From a virus (taxonomy: Duplodnaviria > Caudoviricetes): a DNA stretch of 59,398 nucleotides. Location of the stretch: positions 1-59,398 of IMG/VR virus record IMGVR_UViG_3300017985_000016; one strand, 5' to 3'. A program made the position numbers and the translations under genes. The notes below the pieces were generated by a model that made no database searches, was not told the origin of the DNA, and was given only the letters and a program-made list of their open reading frames with translations. Shown piece after piece: positions 1 through 9,650 of the stretch (its first letter is position 1; every line of letters begins with the position of its first letter).

Positions 1-121
1 TGCGGTTCTTTAGGTTACCTTGCATAAAGATACCTTCGATAAAGAAACTCTTCTTACCAGTCTCTTCATTCAGTTCGGTAGAGACACCGATATCTTCTGT
101 GATTTCTGAGATCAGTTTCAT
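1..121 (-). CDS. gp21: Prohead protease gp21, 5' part (runs off the window)
   Basis: Not in the ORF track. Manual translation from ATG at 121 gives MKLISEITEDIGVSTELNEETGKKSFFIEGIFMQGNLKNR, the conserved gp21 N-terminus (IEGIFMQ...KNRNGR). It sits downstream of portal gp20 and is preceded by TATAAATA. Confidence 0.9.
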   Translation of the reverse strand, partial: MKLISEITEDIGVSTELNEETGKKSFFIEGIFMQGNLKNR

Positions 122-152
122 TGCTCTCGTTTCCTCTCGAATATTTTCTTTT

Positions 153-160
153 TATTTATA
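153..160 (-). promoter_or_regulatory. T4-type late promoter TATAAATA upstream of gp21
   Basis: Plus strand tatttata in the intergenic gap, about 30 nt upstream of the gp21 ATG. Confidence 0.8.
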
Positions 161-161
161 A

Positions 162-383
162 CTATTGTGCATCGTAATAGGTTTTGTCTAGTTCCCCAGT
201 ACTTGGGGGTTGACTAATTTTACGACACTTAATATATGTCTGTCTTGGGTTTGCACCAGACGTAGTGTAAGTTCTCACTCCACCACTGATAGTACCAGGC
301 GTATCTGAGTAAGTATCCGCTCCAGTTGCAGCGTTGTCATACTCCCAAATTCCACCAGTGCCTGGCACAACAACCCAAGCCAT
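162..383 (-). CDS. Small hypothetical protein (73 aa) in the prohead-core position
   Basis: ORF coupled to the upstream gene by a TAATG overlap at 383. It lies between portal and protease. No recognisable motif. Confidence 0.7.
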   Translation of the reverse strand: MAWVVVPGTGGIWEYDNAATGADTYSDTPGTISGGVRTYTTSGANPRQTYIKCRKISQPPSTGELDKTYYDAQ

Positions 384-904
384 TAGTCGTCACTCTCTAC
401 CGATTCACCGTAACCATAAGATGCAGCATAGTAGTCATAATCATCCGAATCTCTATAACCCGAATTCATACGTTTCGATCCCTCTGCATATGCGTGTAGA
501 GTTTTCATTTGACTGAACGCATATGCAAGTTTGTTTTGATACCATTCTTCTGGGTCACCGCCCATTTCAAGGTAATCCATGATTTCCTCGGCAGCATAAC
601 AAATGAATTCTAGTTGACGTTTCATCATAGGAACTTCTTCTGCAGGGTTCTCTTGGAGATCTTCAGAATTGTCTTCTACATCAACGTCTTCTTTATATGC
701 TACGTCATACGCTTTTTCGTCTTCACCCGCAACGTAATCGGAAAGTCGTTTAATTCTTGACTTGCCTGGAATGTCACCCGAAAACTGTTCTGGTTCCGCT
801 ACTGGATGGTCAATGACCTCAACAGTATGTTGATTCCAATGCTTTAGTTCTTCAGGGTTATTTGGCATTGCAACCTCTGATACTAAGTCCTTAAAAGATT
901 TCAT
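383..904 (-). CDS. Acidic putative prohead core/internal head protein (173 aa)
   Basis: Occupies the position of T4 gp67/gp68. N-terminus MKSFKDLVSE resembles the T4 internal-protein capsid-targeting sequence (MKTYQEFIAE). Very acidic. Confidence 0.6.
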   Translation of the reverse strand: MKSFKDLVSEVAMPNNPEELKHWNQHTVEVIDHPVAEPEQFSGDIPGKSRIKRLSDYVAGEDEKAYDVAYKEDVDVEDNSEDLQENPAEEVPMMKRQLEFICYAAEEIMDYLEMGGDPEEWYQNKLAYAFSQMKTLHAYAEGSKRMNSGYRDSDDYDYYAASYGYGESVESDD

Positions 905-935
905 TGTTCTGTTCCTATTAAATTTGTTGTAGTTT

Positions 936-944
936 TATTTATTA
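936..944 (-). promoter_or_regulatory. Late promoter variant (TAATAAATA)
   Basis: Plus strand tatttatta immediately after the gp20 stop, about 30 nt upstream of the next ATG. Confidence 0.55.
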
Positions 945-2468
945 CTATTCAAATTCGTCTTCGGCGTTACCAAAGATTTCCTTTTCGTCTTCAATTACCT
1001 GAAGTTCGTCCTTGAACTCTTCTTCAGACATTTGAAGGATATTTTTAACCACCCATTGACGTGAATAATAAACACCAACATGATCTTCAACGTCACGAAG
1101 CGTTGTCATACGTTCACGAATAATCTCTGACTGTTTAAGTTCTTCAAAGTAATTGTCTTTGACAAAGTCATAACGAATTTTGTTTTTAATCTCCGCAAAC
1201 TCTTCTGGACCCATGACGCCTTTGAAGATAAGTTGTTTCTCCAAAATGATGTTAAACAGGTTAGAAAAACGTGCACGGACACGACGAATGAATTTACCAA
1301 ATTTAAGTTCGTCACGTGTAATCTCAGAAGTACGACCAAATGTAGCCATAGTTTCTGGTTCAAGTCTTGAAATCGGAACCTTCAAAGACTTATAAACTTT
1401 TTTCAAAAAGTATTGCATGTTCTCATCAGTAGAAAGAACCTGTGCACCGCCACCTACAAGAGTATCAACCTCAGTAGATCTTTCACCGCCACGACGAGGG
1501 AACCAGAAGTCCTCTGTCATTGTCATCATCTTTTTTGCGTCTGTGATTTCGCCAGTTGCAGAGTTGTACTGCAACTTGTTTTTATGACGAACCATCATAT
1601 CACGCAAATATTGTTCTGCTTTTGCTTTAGGAAGGTTACCCACATCGATGTAAAATATTCTACGTTCTGGTGCACGAGTCAGTGCATAGATAATCGTAGC
1701 ATCTTCTAACATACGAAGTTGGTTCAATGGTTTGATTGCAGGATGCAAGTGACCAAGAACCATAGAGTTACTTTCATTCATAATGCCTGAAGTAACACGT
1801 GCAACAGCGTCTTTTGAAATTCTATGTTGGTTTTGTTGTCCGTTTCCGCCTAGTGTGTTTGAAGAATTTCCGAACCCCTGATCAGAGTACAAGAAGTATT
1901 CGTTCTTCACCTTCTTAGTTGGCACACCAGAAACGTCTTTTTCTTTTTTATCAATTTCTCTGACAAGTTTGATCTTGCGTGGATCTACATAACGTAGTTC
2001 TACAACGCCTTTTTTTAGATCTTCTTCGTCGATAATGATATGAAAGTTTAGTCTTCCATCAACATAGAATCTACTGAATAGATCATATGCATTATTTGTA
2101 AAGTCAAGAAGAGAAAGAACATTGTCAAACTCTTCTGTAATTTTTTCTTTAATTTTATCTGGAACATCATCAAGTTCGTCTAGTACAATTTCTACAACTT
2201 TATCATATACATCCACACTGATTGCTTCGTTGACCACTTCTTCTAACGCTTGAGCGATCTCAGGTTGTAAAGACATACTACGATATTTCGTAACAAGTTC
2301 AGATTCATTTTTGGCATTACTTTCCATGTCAAGCATGGTGCCATAAAACCCACCCAGTGCGTTACCAACTGTAATCGCACCGTCATCATTAGAAGGCTCA
2401 ACAAAGGAGACAGTCTTTGACTGCTCCTCGTTTGAGTCTCTTTTGATTTCAAAACCAAATAATTTCAC
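945..2468 (-). CDS. gp20: Portal vertex protein gp20
   Basis: Hallmark motifs LFGF, YVDGR, NQLRMLEDA..IY..TRAPERRIFYIDVGNLPK.KAEQYL, EDFW.PRR.G..TEV.TL, EITRDELKF.KF. Confidence 0.98.
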   Translation of the reverse strand: MKLFGFEIKRDSNEEQSKTVSFVEPSNDDGAITVGNALGGFYGTMLDMESNAKNESELVTKYRSMSLQPEIAQALEEVVNEAISVDVYDKVVEIVLDELDDVPDKIKEKITEEFDNVLSLLDFTNNAYDLFSRFYVDGRLNFHIIIDEEDLKKGVVELRYVDPRKIKLVREIDKKEKDVSGVPTKKVKNEYFLYSDQGFGNSSNTLGGNGQQNQHRISKDAVARVTSGIMNESNSMVLGHLHPAIKPLNQLRMLEDATIIYALTRAPERRIFYIDVGNLPKAKAEQYLRDMMVRHKNKLQYNSATGEITDAKKMMTMTEDFWFPRRGGERSTEVDTLVGGGAQVLSTDENMQYFLKKVYKSLKVPISRLEPETMATFGRTSEITRDELKFGKFIRRVRARFSNLFNIILEKQLIFKGVMGPEEFAEIKNKIRYDFVKDNYFEELKQSEIIRERMTTLRDVEDHVGVYYSRQWVVKNILQMSEEEFKDELQVIEDEKEIFGNAEDEFE

Positions 2469-2485
2469 TTTAATTCATCCTATAA

Positions 2486-3019
2486 TTATGAAGTAGAAAT
2501 ACCAGTCGATCCCTCTACTCTCCAGAAGTCGTATTGGAACGTAACGGTAAACTCTTCGATTTGATCTGTAGAACTCCAATCCAATGCAATTTCACTTACG
2601 TTAATTGGGTACATACCCTCAAAAATGTAAGTTCTAAGTGCGGATCCGTTCTTCGAATATTGTGTAATCAAACCATTAGATTTATAGTCTTGTGGAAGAG
2701 AACGAACGTTTGCATCATGTGATGCGATGCTGTTCATCCATGCTTCCATAGCATTACGCACAATAAAATCTTCGTCATTGATAATTGTAACTGTCCAATC
2801 AGCGAACGTTCTGTCCCCTGCATACTTAACTTCTCGACCAAAGTAAGGTACGGTATATGCCCCGATAGATGATTCGGGAATGCCCGCTGCCCTTGCCATG
2901 AATGGTACTTTGAAGTCCGCTGCAGGTACGACTGGGTTCGTGATCTGACATTGGAACAGGGTGGGACGTGCGCCCCCACCTGTCAGTTCAGATTTAAACT
3001 CGTTGATATTAAAAGCCAT
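2486..3019 (-). CDS. gp19: Tail tube protein gp19
   Basis: GGARPTLF, PYFGREVKYAGDRTFADWTVTIINDEDF, EEFTVTFQYD. Lies between sheath and portal, with SD AGGAGAGG. Confidence 0.97.
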   Translation of the reverse strand: MAFNINEFKSELTGGGARPTLFQCQITNPVVPAADFKVPFMARAAGIPESSIGAYTVPYFGREVKYAGDRTFADWTVTIINDEDFIVRNAMEAWMNSIASHDANVRSLPQDYKSNGLITQYSKNGSALRTYIFEGMYPINVSEIALDWSSTDQIEEFTVTFQYDFWRVEGSTGISTS

Positions 3020-3032
3020 ATCTTACCTCTCC

Positions 3033-5054
3033 TTAAGTCAACTGTCCAACGATCTCGTCGAATTCGACACCAGACCTTGTTGCGACAAATGTAAGTTCAA
3101 TTACGTTAATAGAACGTGCAGGTTTGATGAAGATACTCGCTTTAAACATGTTCGAGTCAATGACTTGTGGGGTATTGACAGTTTCATCTGACACCACACG
3201 GAAGTCAATGATACCACGTCTACCTTGAATTTCACGCAGGAACGGTTCAACAATATTGCGGAACTGTGTCTGTGTAAACTCGTCATTAAGTTCGAACAAG
3301 AACGATTGTGCTGCAGTTGCAATTGATTTTTCTATTGCAATGAACAATCTGCGAACATTGATGCGATCAAACGCACTTGCAAAACCTTGTCCAGTCTTAT
3401 CACCGAATAGCAAAATACCTTGACCTACTTGTGAAATAACTGGGTTGACATCCGAACTATAAAGTTGATCTCTTTGATCTTTGTTCGGATTGAATGCAAG
3501 TTTAATAACATTCTTAATCACACCCTTACGATAACCTGCAGGAGATTCAAATGGTTGTACACGTGAACACAACCCTGCCATGTCACCGTTCAATGGAGTC
3601 CAACGGTATACATCATTGTATTTGTCATAACGATATTTATACCCAGAGTCTAGAACCATGTAAGAACTTGATGTGAGTTTATTGCGGTATTCAATGACAT
3701 TAGTCAACTTAGTATTTGTTTTAAGTTCATCAACAACTGCTTCTTTTGAAGGCGAAACGAATGCAACGCAATCTCGTCTACTGTCTGCAATGTTGCCGAT
3801 GATATAGTTTGCGATCTGACCATTATCATCACCTTTACCCTGTAGGACAAACGAGATGTCAATTTCATTCGCACTTGCGAAGTTGTCATATGCAAGAGCA
3901 GTTGGTCCAAACGAAGCAGAACCTTCTGCAGTGCCATCTGCACCATTTGACATTGATTCGTATTCTGAAGTACCCGCAAGGAATGCAGCTGTATTTGCAA
4001 CATTAACCCAAGAACTTAGATTTTCGATCACTGTTTCATAGTAGTTAGTTCTACCATCTGAAAGTGTTGCTCCTGCAGTTGTTGAAATGTTTTCGAATTT
4101 TTCTAGTACAGTTCCTGCATCACCACTAACATCCCCAGTGCGGTCAATAACTGCAACGTGGTAGTTGTTTGTGTCTGGTGCTTTACCAAATAGACTTGCA
4201 TGTTTCCACTTACGCTTCATTGAAAGTTTATTCAACTCAGTTTCTGCAAGTGTATACTTCTTCTCGAAATTGATTGTGTATTGGTATGTTCCAAACAATG
4301 CTGTGTTGGATGCATCGTCTCCTGTTAGTACAGATCCATTCGAACCGATGATCTCTTTAGTGAACGACGAAACTACAAGGTTTTGATAACCTACCGAGTC
4401 ATTACCAATAGTAACAAGGTCACCATCACTTAGATCAGTGATGTTTGTTGCTACTGACTGGAATGTTGTTGTCTGAGTTGCAAAACCAATTTCTTGTGTT
4501 ACCTGTGCAGCGGGCGTACCATCTCCACCAAACAAAACAGTTTGATTTTCAATGTCGCCTGCATCAAAGATATCTGCCTCGTATGCGCCCGCTTTAACAT
4601 ATGCAACATCAATTGCATTACCAAGCGCACCCACGTACTTCGCTTCAAAAGCACCATAAGTAGAGTTTGCACTATCTACAGTACCAATTGATCCAGGCGT
4701 TACACCTTCGACATATCCGTTTGCAGATGTGTTTGCATATGCAGTATCTGCATCGAATAATACGATTGTGTCACCATCTGCTTTCGCAGATCCTGTTGTT
4801 TCTGCACGACGAACATACAATGCATTAGAATATGCAAGATAGTCGGACGCAGTAAACCAAGTTTCATAGTTGCTATCAGTTGGTTTGTGGTAACGATCCA
4901 CAAGTTGATTTTCTGATGTAATAAGAATTGTTTCGTCGGTAGGACCCCATCCAAACACCCCCGCAATTGCAGCAGGAGGCGTTGCAATGGCTGGGACGAC
5001 TTGGCTTGCGTCTACTTCACGAACGATTACTGAAGGACTTACGGAAAAAGCCAT
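3033..5054 (-). CDS. gp18: Tail sheath protein gp18
   Basis: SPSVIVREVD, FGWGP, KYRYDKYNDVYRWTPLNGD.AG, SPAG..KG, GDKT...SAFDRINVRRLF, FELND.FT, IKPARSIN.I.L.FVA. Confidence 0.98.
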   Translation of the reverse strand: MAFSVSPSVIVREVDASQVVPAIATPPAAIAGVFGWGPTDETILITSENQLVDRYHKPTDSNYETWFTASDYLAYSNALYVRRAETTGSAKADGDTIVLFDADTAYANTSANGYVEGVTPGSIGTVDSANSTYGAFEAKYVGALGNAIDVAYVKAGAYEADIFDAGDIENQTVLFGGDGTPAAQVTQEIGFATQTTTFQSVATNITDLSDGDLVTIGNDSVGYQNLVVSSFTKEIIGSNGSVLTGDDASNTALFGTYQYTINFEKKYTLAETELNKLSMKRKWKHASLFGKAPDTNNYHVAVIDRTGDVSGDAGTVLEKFENISTTAGATLSDGRTNYYETVIENLSSWVNVANTAAFLAGTSEYESMSNGADGTAEGSASFGPTALAYDNFASANEIDISFVLQGKGDDNGQIANYIIGNIADSRRDCVAFVSPSKEAVVDELKTNTKLTNVIEYRNKLTSSSYMVLDSGYKYRYDKYNDVYRWTPLNGDMAGLCSRVQPFESPAGYRKGVIKNVIKLAFNPNKDQRDQLYSSDVNPVISQVGQGILLFGDKTGQGFASAFDRINVRRLFIAIEKSIATAAQSFLFELNDEFTQTQFRNIVEPFLREIQGRRGIIDFRVVSDETVNTPQVIDSNMFKASIFIKPARSINVIELTFVATRSGVEFDEIVGQLT

Positions 5055-5105
5055 ATTTTTCTCCTTTGAATAAATTTATTTTTTATCAGTTCATATCACT
5101 GTTTT

Positions 5106-5113
5106 TATTTATA
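5106..5113 (-). promoter_or_regulatory. T4-type late promoter TATAAATA upstream of gp18
   Basis: Exact tatttata on the plus strand in the gp17-gp18 gap. Confidence 0.8.
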
Positions 5114-5124
5114 AAAACAAAAGT

Positions 5125-6753
5125 TTAAAATATCCAGTCGTCGTCACCATTCACAGGTTGGAATCCGCCTTGAGGCAAATCTTCCCCCACATCGATGAAT
5201 CCAAAGGGTAATAATCCTTCTTCAATTTCTTCATCTGTCTTCTCTCTCAACATCATCATGGTATTGATATCCGTCATGTCTTTAAAGTATAACTGATCCG
5301 TCAACCACGAGAAAATTACCAAATTCATTACCAAATCATCATGTGAACCAGACTCCGCTTCGTAAGAGCTTCCTTTTTTAGAAAAACGTGATAATTCCTG
5401 AATTGTATTAAAATCTTGTAAAATCAGTTGGTTCTGTTCTACCAACATTTTCAAAATAGAACATCCAACAGATTTTACACTTTTTGTTGTTCTTATGCCA
5501 TTGTCAACGCCACGGCCAAACCCCGCTGATATCCTCTTGCCCGCTCGACCTGCGTTCTCTGTATATAGAATGTTTTCATAACCATAATCCATTAATAAGA
5601 CATCTGAAACCTGTTCACCAATGTCATTAATTTCCACCAGTACTGCTGCTTCATGGTACAACATTCCTACTCTATATATAATTGAGGCGAAATCAACTGG
5701 TGTTATCATATTATCTCTAAAGACACAAACTTGTTTGTAAGGCATCTCAGTGATGTCAATAACACAGAATGTAGAATAGTCTAATCCTTTACCACGAGAA
5801 ACGTCACAAGTCATCACATATGTGCGACCTTCTTCTGGTCTTTCATACTGGAATAGATTGTCTTGTTCTGCAATAGGACGTGATGGTGCGAGTTCTTTCA
5901 ACTTTGCACCATTAACCAATGTACCAGAACTTCCCAGAAACTCACAACAGTATTCCTGTCTGAACTTCTGTTCGTCATAATCAAGAGCTTCCAAGGTTTC
6001 TTGGTGCCACTTTTCATCTCTGCCAGGCACGTCATTCCACATGACCTTGACAAATTCGTATCCGTTGGTTCCTTCTTCTGCACCCTTGCAGGTTTTCCAG
6101 AAGTGGTTCAAACCGTTTGGTGTGGATGTCATCAACAGTTTTGTCGACTCACCAGATGAGATTGTAGGATACACAGATGCGAAGAACTCATCATATCCTT
6201 CAATAAATGCAACCTCATCCAAATACAGGAAGTTAACAGATTTACCACGGATTGCACTAGAGGATGTTGTACCTGCGAGAATTTGACACCCATTCTCTAA
6301 TGCGATATTACCTTTGTTCCATTCTTCGACGCCCTGTTGCATCCACTTAGGTAACGCTTCGTATGCAAGTTTGACTCTCGCCATAACTTCTCGTGCAGCG
6401 TCACCTTTGTTTGCAAGGATTGCAACCGTCTTGAATTCGTTGAATAGAATGTAGTGAAGAATGACTGCAGTTGCAGTTGTTGTCTTACCAGACTGTCGTG
6501 CAGTTAGAACTGCGACACGTCTATGGTTAGCAATTTTATTTGCGATATCTTCTTGGTAATCATACATGTCAAAAGGCACGAGACCTTTGTCAACGTGTAC
6601 GATTTTGATATAATTCTTTGCGAAGTAGATGGGATCTTGGGCACACTTCATATACTCTTTGAGCATCTCTTGTGTGTATTCTATTTGTTCTCCAACCCTT
6701 TTAAGGTTGTTGTTACCAAGATACCCTCTCGTTAAGGCATCAATTATTGGCAT
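5125..6753 (-). CDS. gp17: Terminase large subunit gp17
   Basis: YLGN.NLK, Walker A RQSGKTT, AILANK, Walker B YLDEVAF, TSTPNGLNHF, nuclease DVSRG.GLDYS and HDDLVM. Start moved to ATG 6753 after GGTGAGG. No intein evident. Confidence 0.97.
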   Translation of the reverse strand: MPIIDALTRGYLGNNNLKRVGEQIEYTQEMLKEYMKCAQDPIYFAKNYIKIVHVDKGLVPFDMYDYQEDIANKIANHRRVAVLTARQSGKTTTATAVILHYILFNEFKTVAILANKGDAAREVMARVKLAYEALPKWMQQGVEEWNKGNIALENGCQILAGTTSSSAIRGKSVNFLYLDEVAFIEGYDEFFASVYPTISSGESTKLLMTSTPNGLNHFWKTCKGAEEGTNGYEFVKVMWNDVPGRDEKWHQETLEALDYDEQKFRQEYCCEFLGSSGTLVNGAKLKELAPSRPIAEQDNLFQYERPEEGRTYVMTCDVSRGKGLDYSTFCVIDITEMPYKQVCVFRDNMITPVDFASIIYRVGMLYHEAAVLVEINDIGEQVSDVLLMDYGYENILYTENAGRAGKRISAGFGRGVDNGIRTTKSVKSVGCSILKMLVEQNQLILQDFNTIQELSRFSKKGSSYEAESGSHDDLVMNLVIFSWLTDQLYFKDMTDINTMMMLREKTDEEIEEGLLPFGFIDVGEDLPQGGFQPVNGDDDWIF

Positions 6754-7330
6754 TACCCTCACCTTTAATCATACTTAGTAGGTCTGCAGTAGAGACGATC
6801 AAGTTATTATTCGTTACATTGGTTTCAGGACGGCCATACTGTTCTTCGTCTTTAACTAATTTCTTTTGGGAAGAAATATTTACAAACTCTTTGTTTGCAT
6901 CAAGTAATGTTTTCATAAGTGTCGAAACCACCTCGAATGCACGAGGTGATTCCGATTGTTTGGCGATCTCGACCATTTCTTTTACAGCATCATCGCCTAG
7001 TTCTATGATACTTTGGACGTTAGATCTGGCGAGTTCGATGTCATTTAAATTTTCATCGTTTGTCGTTGAAAGTGATCGTACCTCTCCTTCAACAATTTGC
7101 AGATCGTTCGCCTCCGTCTGCGATCCTTCTGTTTGCGAATTTTTCTCCAATTCAGGTTCCGCCAGTACCTGTGCGTTCGGTTGTCTATCCTCGTCAGTTT
7201 GACTTTGTTCTCCACTAGATCCGAGTCCTCGTAGAGATCCAACATTCTCATGTGGTTCTGTAGTGTCTTCTGCTTGAGTTTCTGCAAGTGAACGTACCCC
7301 CATTGATTGTGAAATTTTATCATCTATCAT
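6740..7330 (-). CDS. gp16: Terminase small subunit gp16
   Basis: ESPRAFEVVSTLMK and NVTNNNLIVSTADLL motifs, located between gp15 and gp17. Start taken at the ATGA overlap with the gp15 stop (7330). Confidence 0.9.
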   Translation of the reverse strand: MIDDKISQSMGVRSLAETQAEDTTEPHENVGSLRGLGSSGEQSQTDEDRQPNAQVLAEPELEKNSQTEGSQTEANDLQIVEGEVRSLSTTNDENLNDIELARSNVQSIIELGDDAVKEMVEIAKQSESPRAFEVVSTLMKTLLDANKEFVNISSQKKLVKDEEQYGRPETNVTNNNLIVSTADLLSMIKGEGNANN

Positions 7331-8148
7331 TCTGTATTCACCTCTATAAGATTGATGACTCCCCAATCGTCGTCAAATTCAATCTGTGTGTATGGTATAG
7401 TATCATCAATATCAGTTGTTGGTTCGCCGTTAGCGGTCAAACCAGGCTGTGTTGTGAATCTGGTTTCCCAGACCTCGTCAATATCGGCGGTTGGACTTGT
7501 ATTTTGTGTTAACTTTACATCTACAAATTTGATGACTGGTTTTGTTCTATTTGGTCCAAAGTACCACGCTTTCATAGTAAAACTTAAAGTATAAAGAACA
7601 CTCTGCCTTTCGGTGAAGTCTCCTTCATACACTTCCTCTGTGCTTACACTGTTTAAAACAAGAGGAACATCAATCGGTTCGAGATTATCCATCAACTTTA
7701 CCGTTGATGTGAAATCGGGGTTAAAGAAAGGAACAATCTGTTCCATAATTTTTGCAGCATCTTCTGAGTACTTAGTCATGATGTACAAAGAGAATTCCAA
7801 ATTATATGGAACACCTGCGTAAACATACCCACGACCATTTGAACCATCTTCAATGGTTTGTTTTCGGATCTTGGTTGTGGGATTAATTTTTCGTTCGCCA
7901 TCATATGTCATGCTGTTCAATTCGAATGACATGCGAGCCAAAGTGATTGCAGTTGGACGATCAAGATTTGCATCCTGTGTTATCCGTGCAAGAATTTTTT
8001 GGAAGGGCGCATAAGAAATAGGAACTATCATTTCCTGCTCTGTGTTAGCATCGATAGTTCTTTTGATTTTAAGTTGATTGAAATATGTCCCAAAAATTGC
8101 GACATACTTTCTTGTTGTTTCGTTGTAAAAATAATTTGCTATTGCCAT
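7327..8148 (-). CDS. gp15: Tail sheath stabiliser/tail terminator gp15
   Basis: YFYNETTRKYVAIFGTYFN, VPISYAP.QK, PYNLEFSL, QIVPFFNP, YEGDFTER, YTLSFT.K.W.FGP. Confidence 0.95.
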   Translation of the reverse strand: MAIANYFYNETTRKYVAIFGTYFNQLKIKRTIDANTEQEMIVPISYAPFQKILARITQDANLDRPTAITLARMSFELNSMTYDGERKINPTTKIRKQTIEDGSNGRGYVYAGVPYNLEFSLYIMTKYSEDAAKIMEQIVPFFNPDFTSTVKLMDNLEPIDVPLVLNSVSTEEVYEGDFTERQSVLYTLSFTMKAWYFGPNRTKPVIKFVDVKLTQNTSPTADIDEVWETRFTTQPGLTANGEPTTDIDDTIPYTQIEFDDDWGVINLIEVNTE

Positions 8149-8858
8149 TAGGTATTCGCCTTAGGTGGTTCATCATCTGCGAAATTGATCGTCTCACTAA
8201 ACGGATCCATTTCTGTGAAGTCAATGATGTCGTCTGCAGTTTTTTCGAAGAAGAAGTTGTCAGCAATTGGATCTGCGTTTGCAAGTGCCTCCAATGTATT
8301 TGTATTTGAAGTACCACCAACTCTTGTTGTGTAATCTTTAAGAATTTTGTCAATATGGTTGTAACCAGTTTCAATTCTTTCGTTACTGTACTCTAACAAT
8401 TCACAACGTAAGTCATATACTTGTAGTGCGCCACTTTGATAGAACACACTCTCATGTTCAACGTACATGACTTTAAATAGTTTACCATTGATTGGGAAGT
8501 AAATAATATCCCCTTCTAATGGACGTTGTCTTGTCGAATCTTCTTTAGTGACATATCTTTCAAATGTTCTAATAGCCACAGAGAAAGTAACTTGATCTCT
8601 GATCTGTAGTCCAAACTTAGACAGGAAGTCACCCTCTCCCTCAAATCCATCGACACTCTTGACATACATCTCCATCTTATATACAGTATTATATAGAGGT
8701 GTGTCGTCTTCGTTAAGGATGTTGTCTACGGACCCTGCGAAACGAGGCAAGTATTCAATGTCAACGCCATAGATTTTAATCGACTCAATAACTAAGTCGT
8801 CAATGAGTTGTTGTTCATTGAAATGTGTGGTGTTGCGGAAGAAGGTTGAAGTTGCCAT
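8148..8858 (-). CDS. gp14: Neck protein gp14
   Basis: EQQLIDDLVIESIKIYGVD..YLPR, GFEGEGDFLSKFGLQIRD, RPLEGDIIYFP, FYQ.G. Confidence 0.95.
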   Translation of the reverse strand: MATSTFFRNTTHFNEQQLIDDLVIESIKIYGVDIEYLPRFAGSVDNILNEDDTPLYNTVYKMEMYVKSVDGFEGEGDFLSKFGLQIRDQVTFSVAIRTFERYVTKEDSTRQRPLEGDIIYFPINGKLFKVMYVEHESVFYQSGALQVYDLRCELLEYSNERIETGYNHIDKILKDYTTRVGGTSNTNTLEALANADPIADNFFFEKTADDIIDFTEMDPFSETINFADDEPPKANT

Positions 8859-8861
8859 GTT

Positions 8862-9605
8862 TTAACCAATAAAGTTATATGTGAGTGGTTGAAGACTTTG
8901 AATTGCATCTTCTTCCATCTTTTCTCTTTCTGCACGAGCCTCTTGTAAAATTTGTTCTCCGTTAAATTGGACACCACCAACAAGTTGCATGTTTACGAAC
9001 TTAGTCAAGTTCAGTCCCCACTGTTCACGTACCAAAACAGATGCATAGTTCTGTAACCAACGGTCACCCCACACATCTGGATAAGTGCCAGCATCGATTA
9101 CATCGTATGCTTCGATGACAATATAATCACCAACAACAAACAAATCTTTAGTGATGTCAATGTGAAGTCTGTTGACGTGCTTGTTATATCTGACCATTGG
9201 TTGACCAACAAGCATATCTTGAAGAAGTTCTAGATGAGACATTGTCATGTAATAGTTTGCAACGTCATACCCTGTGATATCTGCAACGTTATTCAAAACG
9301 TATTGATAGGTTACATTGAATGCGCCTGATCCTGCAGAAATAGATGATTTCAAATCAAATACTTTTGAGATACCAAGTATATTTGCAGGAAGGGGGAAGT
9401 ATCCGTTATTGATGTCGGTTTGAGTGATTTGATGTTTTAGATATACAAGTTGACTACCATTGTAGTGATAGTCACGCCAAAAGGAAACCGCTTCGTCTAC
9501 ACGGTCTTCTACCTGATCGTCCGAAACGTTCACCTCTATAACTGGTGCACCAATTTTTCTTAGGATGTACTCTATAAATTCTTGTCTATTAACTGGCTGT
9601 GCCAT
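8862..9605 (-). CDS. gp13: Neck protein gp13
   Basis: YILRKIGAPVIEVNV.DDQVEDRVDEA, W..NY...L...QWG.NL.KF..MQL.GGV..NG. Confidence 0.95.
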   Translation of the reverse strand: MAQPVNRQEFIEYILRKIGAPVIEVNVSDDQVEDRVDEAVSFWRDYHYNGSQLVYLKHQITQTDINNGYFPLPANILGISKVFDLKSSISAGSGAFNVTYQYVLNNVADITGYDVANYYMTMSHLELLQDMLVGQPMVRYNKHVNRLHIDITKDLFVVGDYIVIEAYDVIDAGTYPDVWGDRWLQNYASVLVREQWGLNLTKFVNMQLVGGVQFNGEQILQEARAEREKMEEDAIQSLQPLTYNFIG

Positions 9606-9642
9606 GACGTGTTCCCTGTGAACTTCTAATTAGATTTATAGA

Positions 9643-9650
9643 TATTTATA
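9643..9650 (-). promoter_or_regulatory. T4-type late promoter TATAAATA upstream of gp13
   Basis: Exact tatttata directly after the stop of the cytidylyltransferase gene. Confidence 0.8.

Noticed and set aside
945-6753. Introns, inteins or homing endonucleases in terminase, sheath or portal
   Set aside because: The ORFs are continuous and of ordinary length, with no intein or LAGLIDADG/HNH/GIY-YIG motifs seen.
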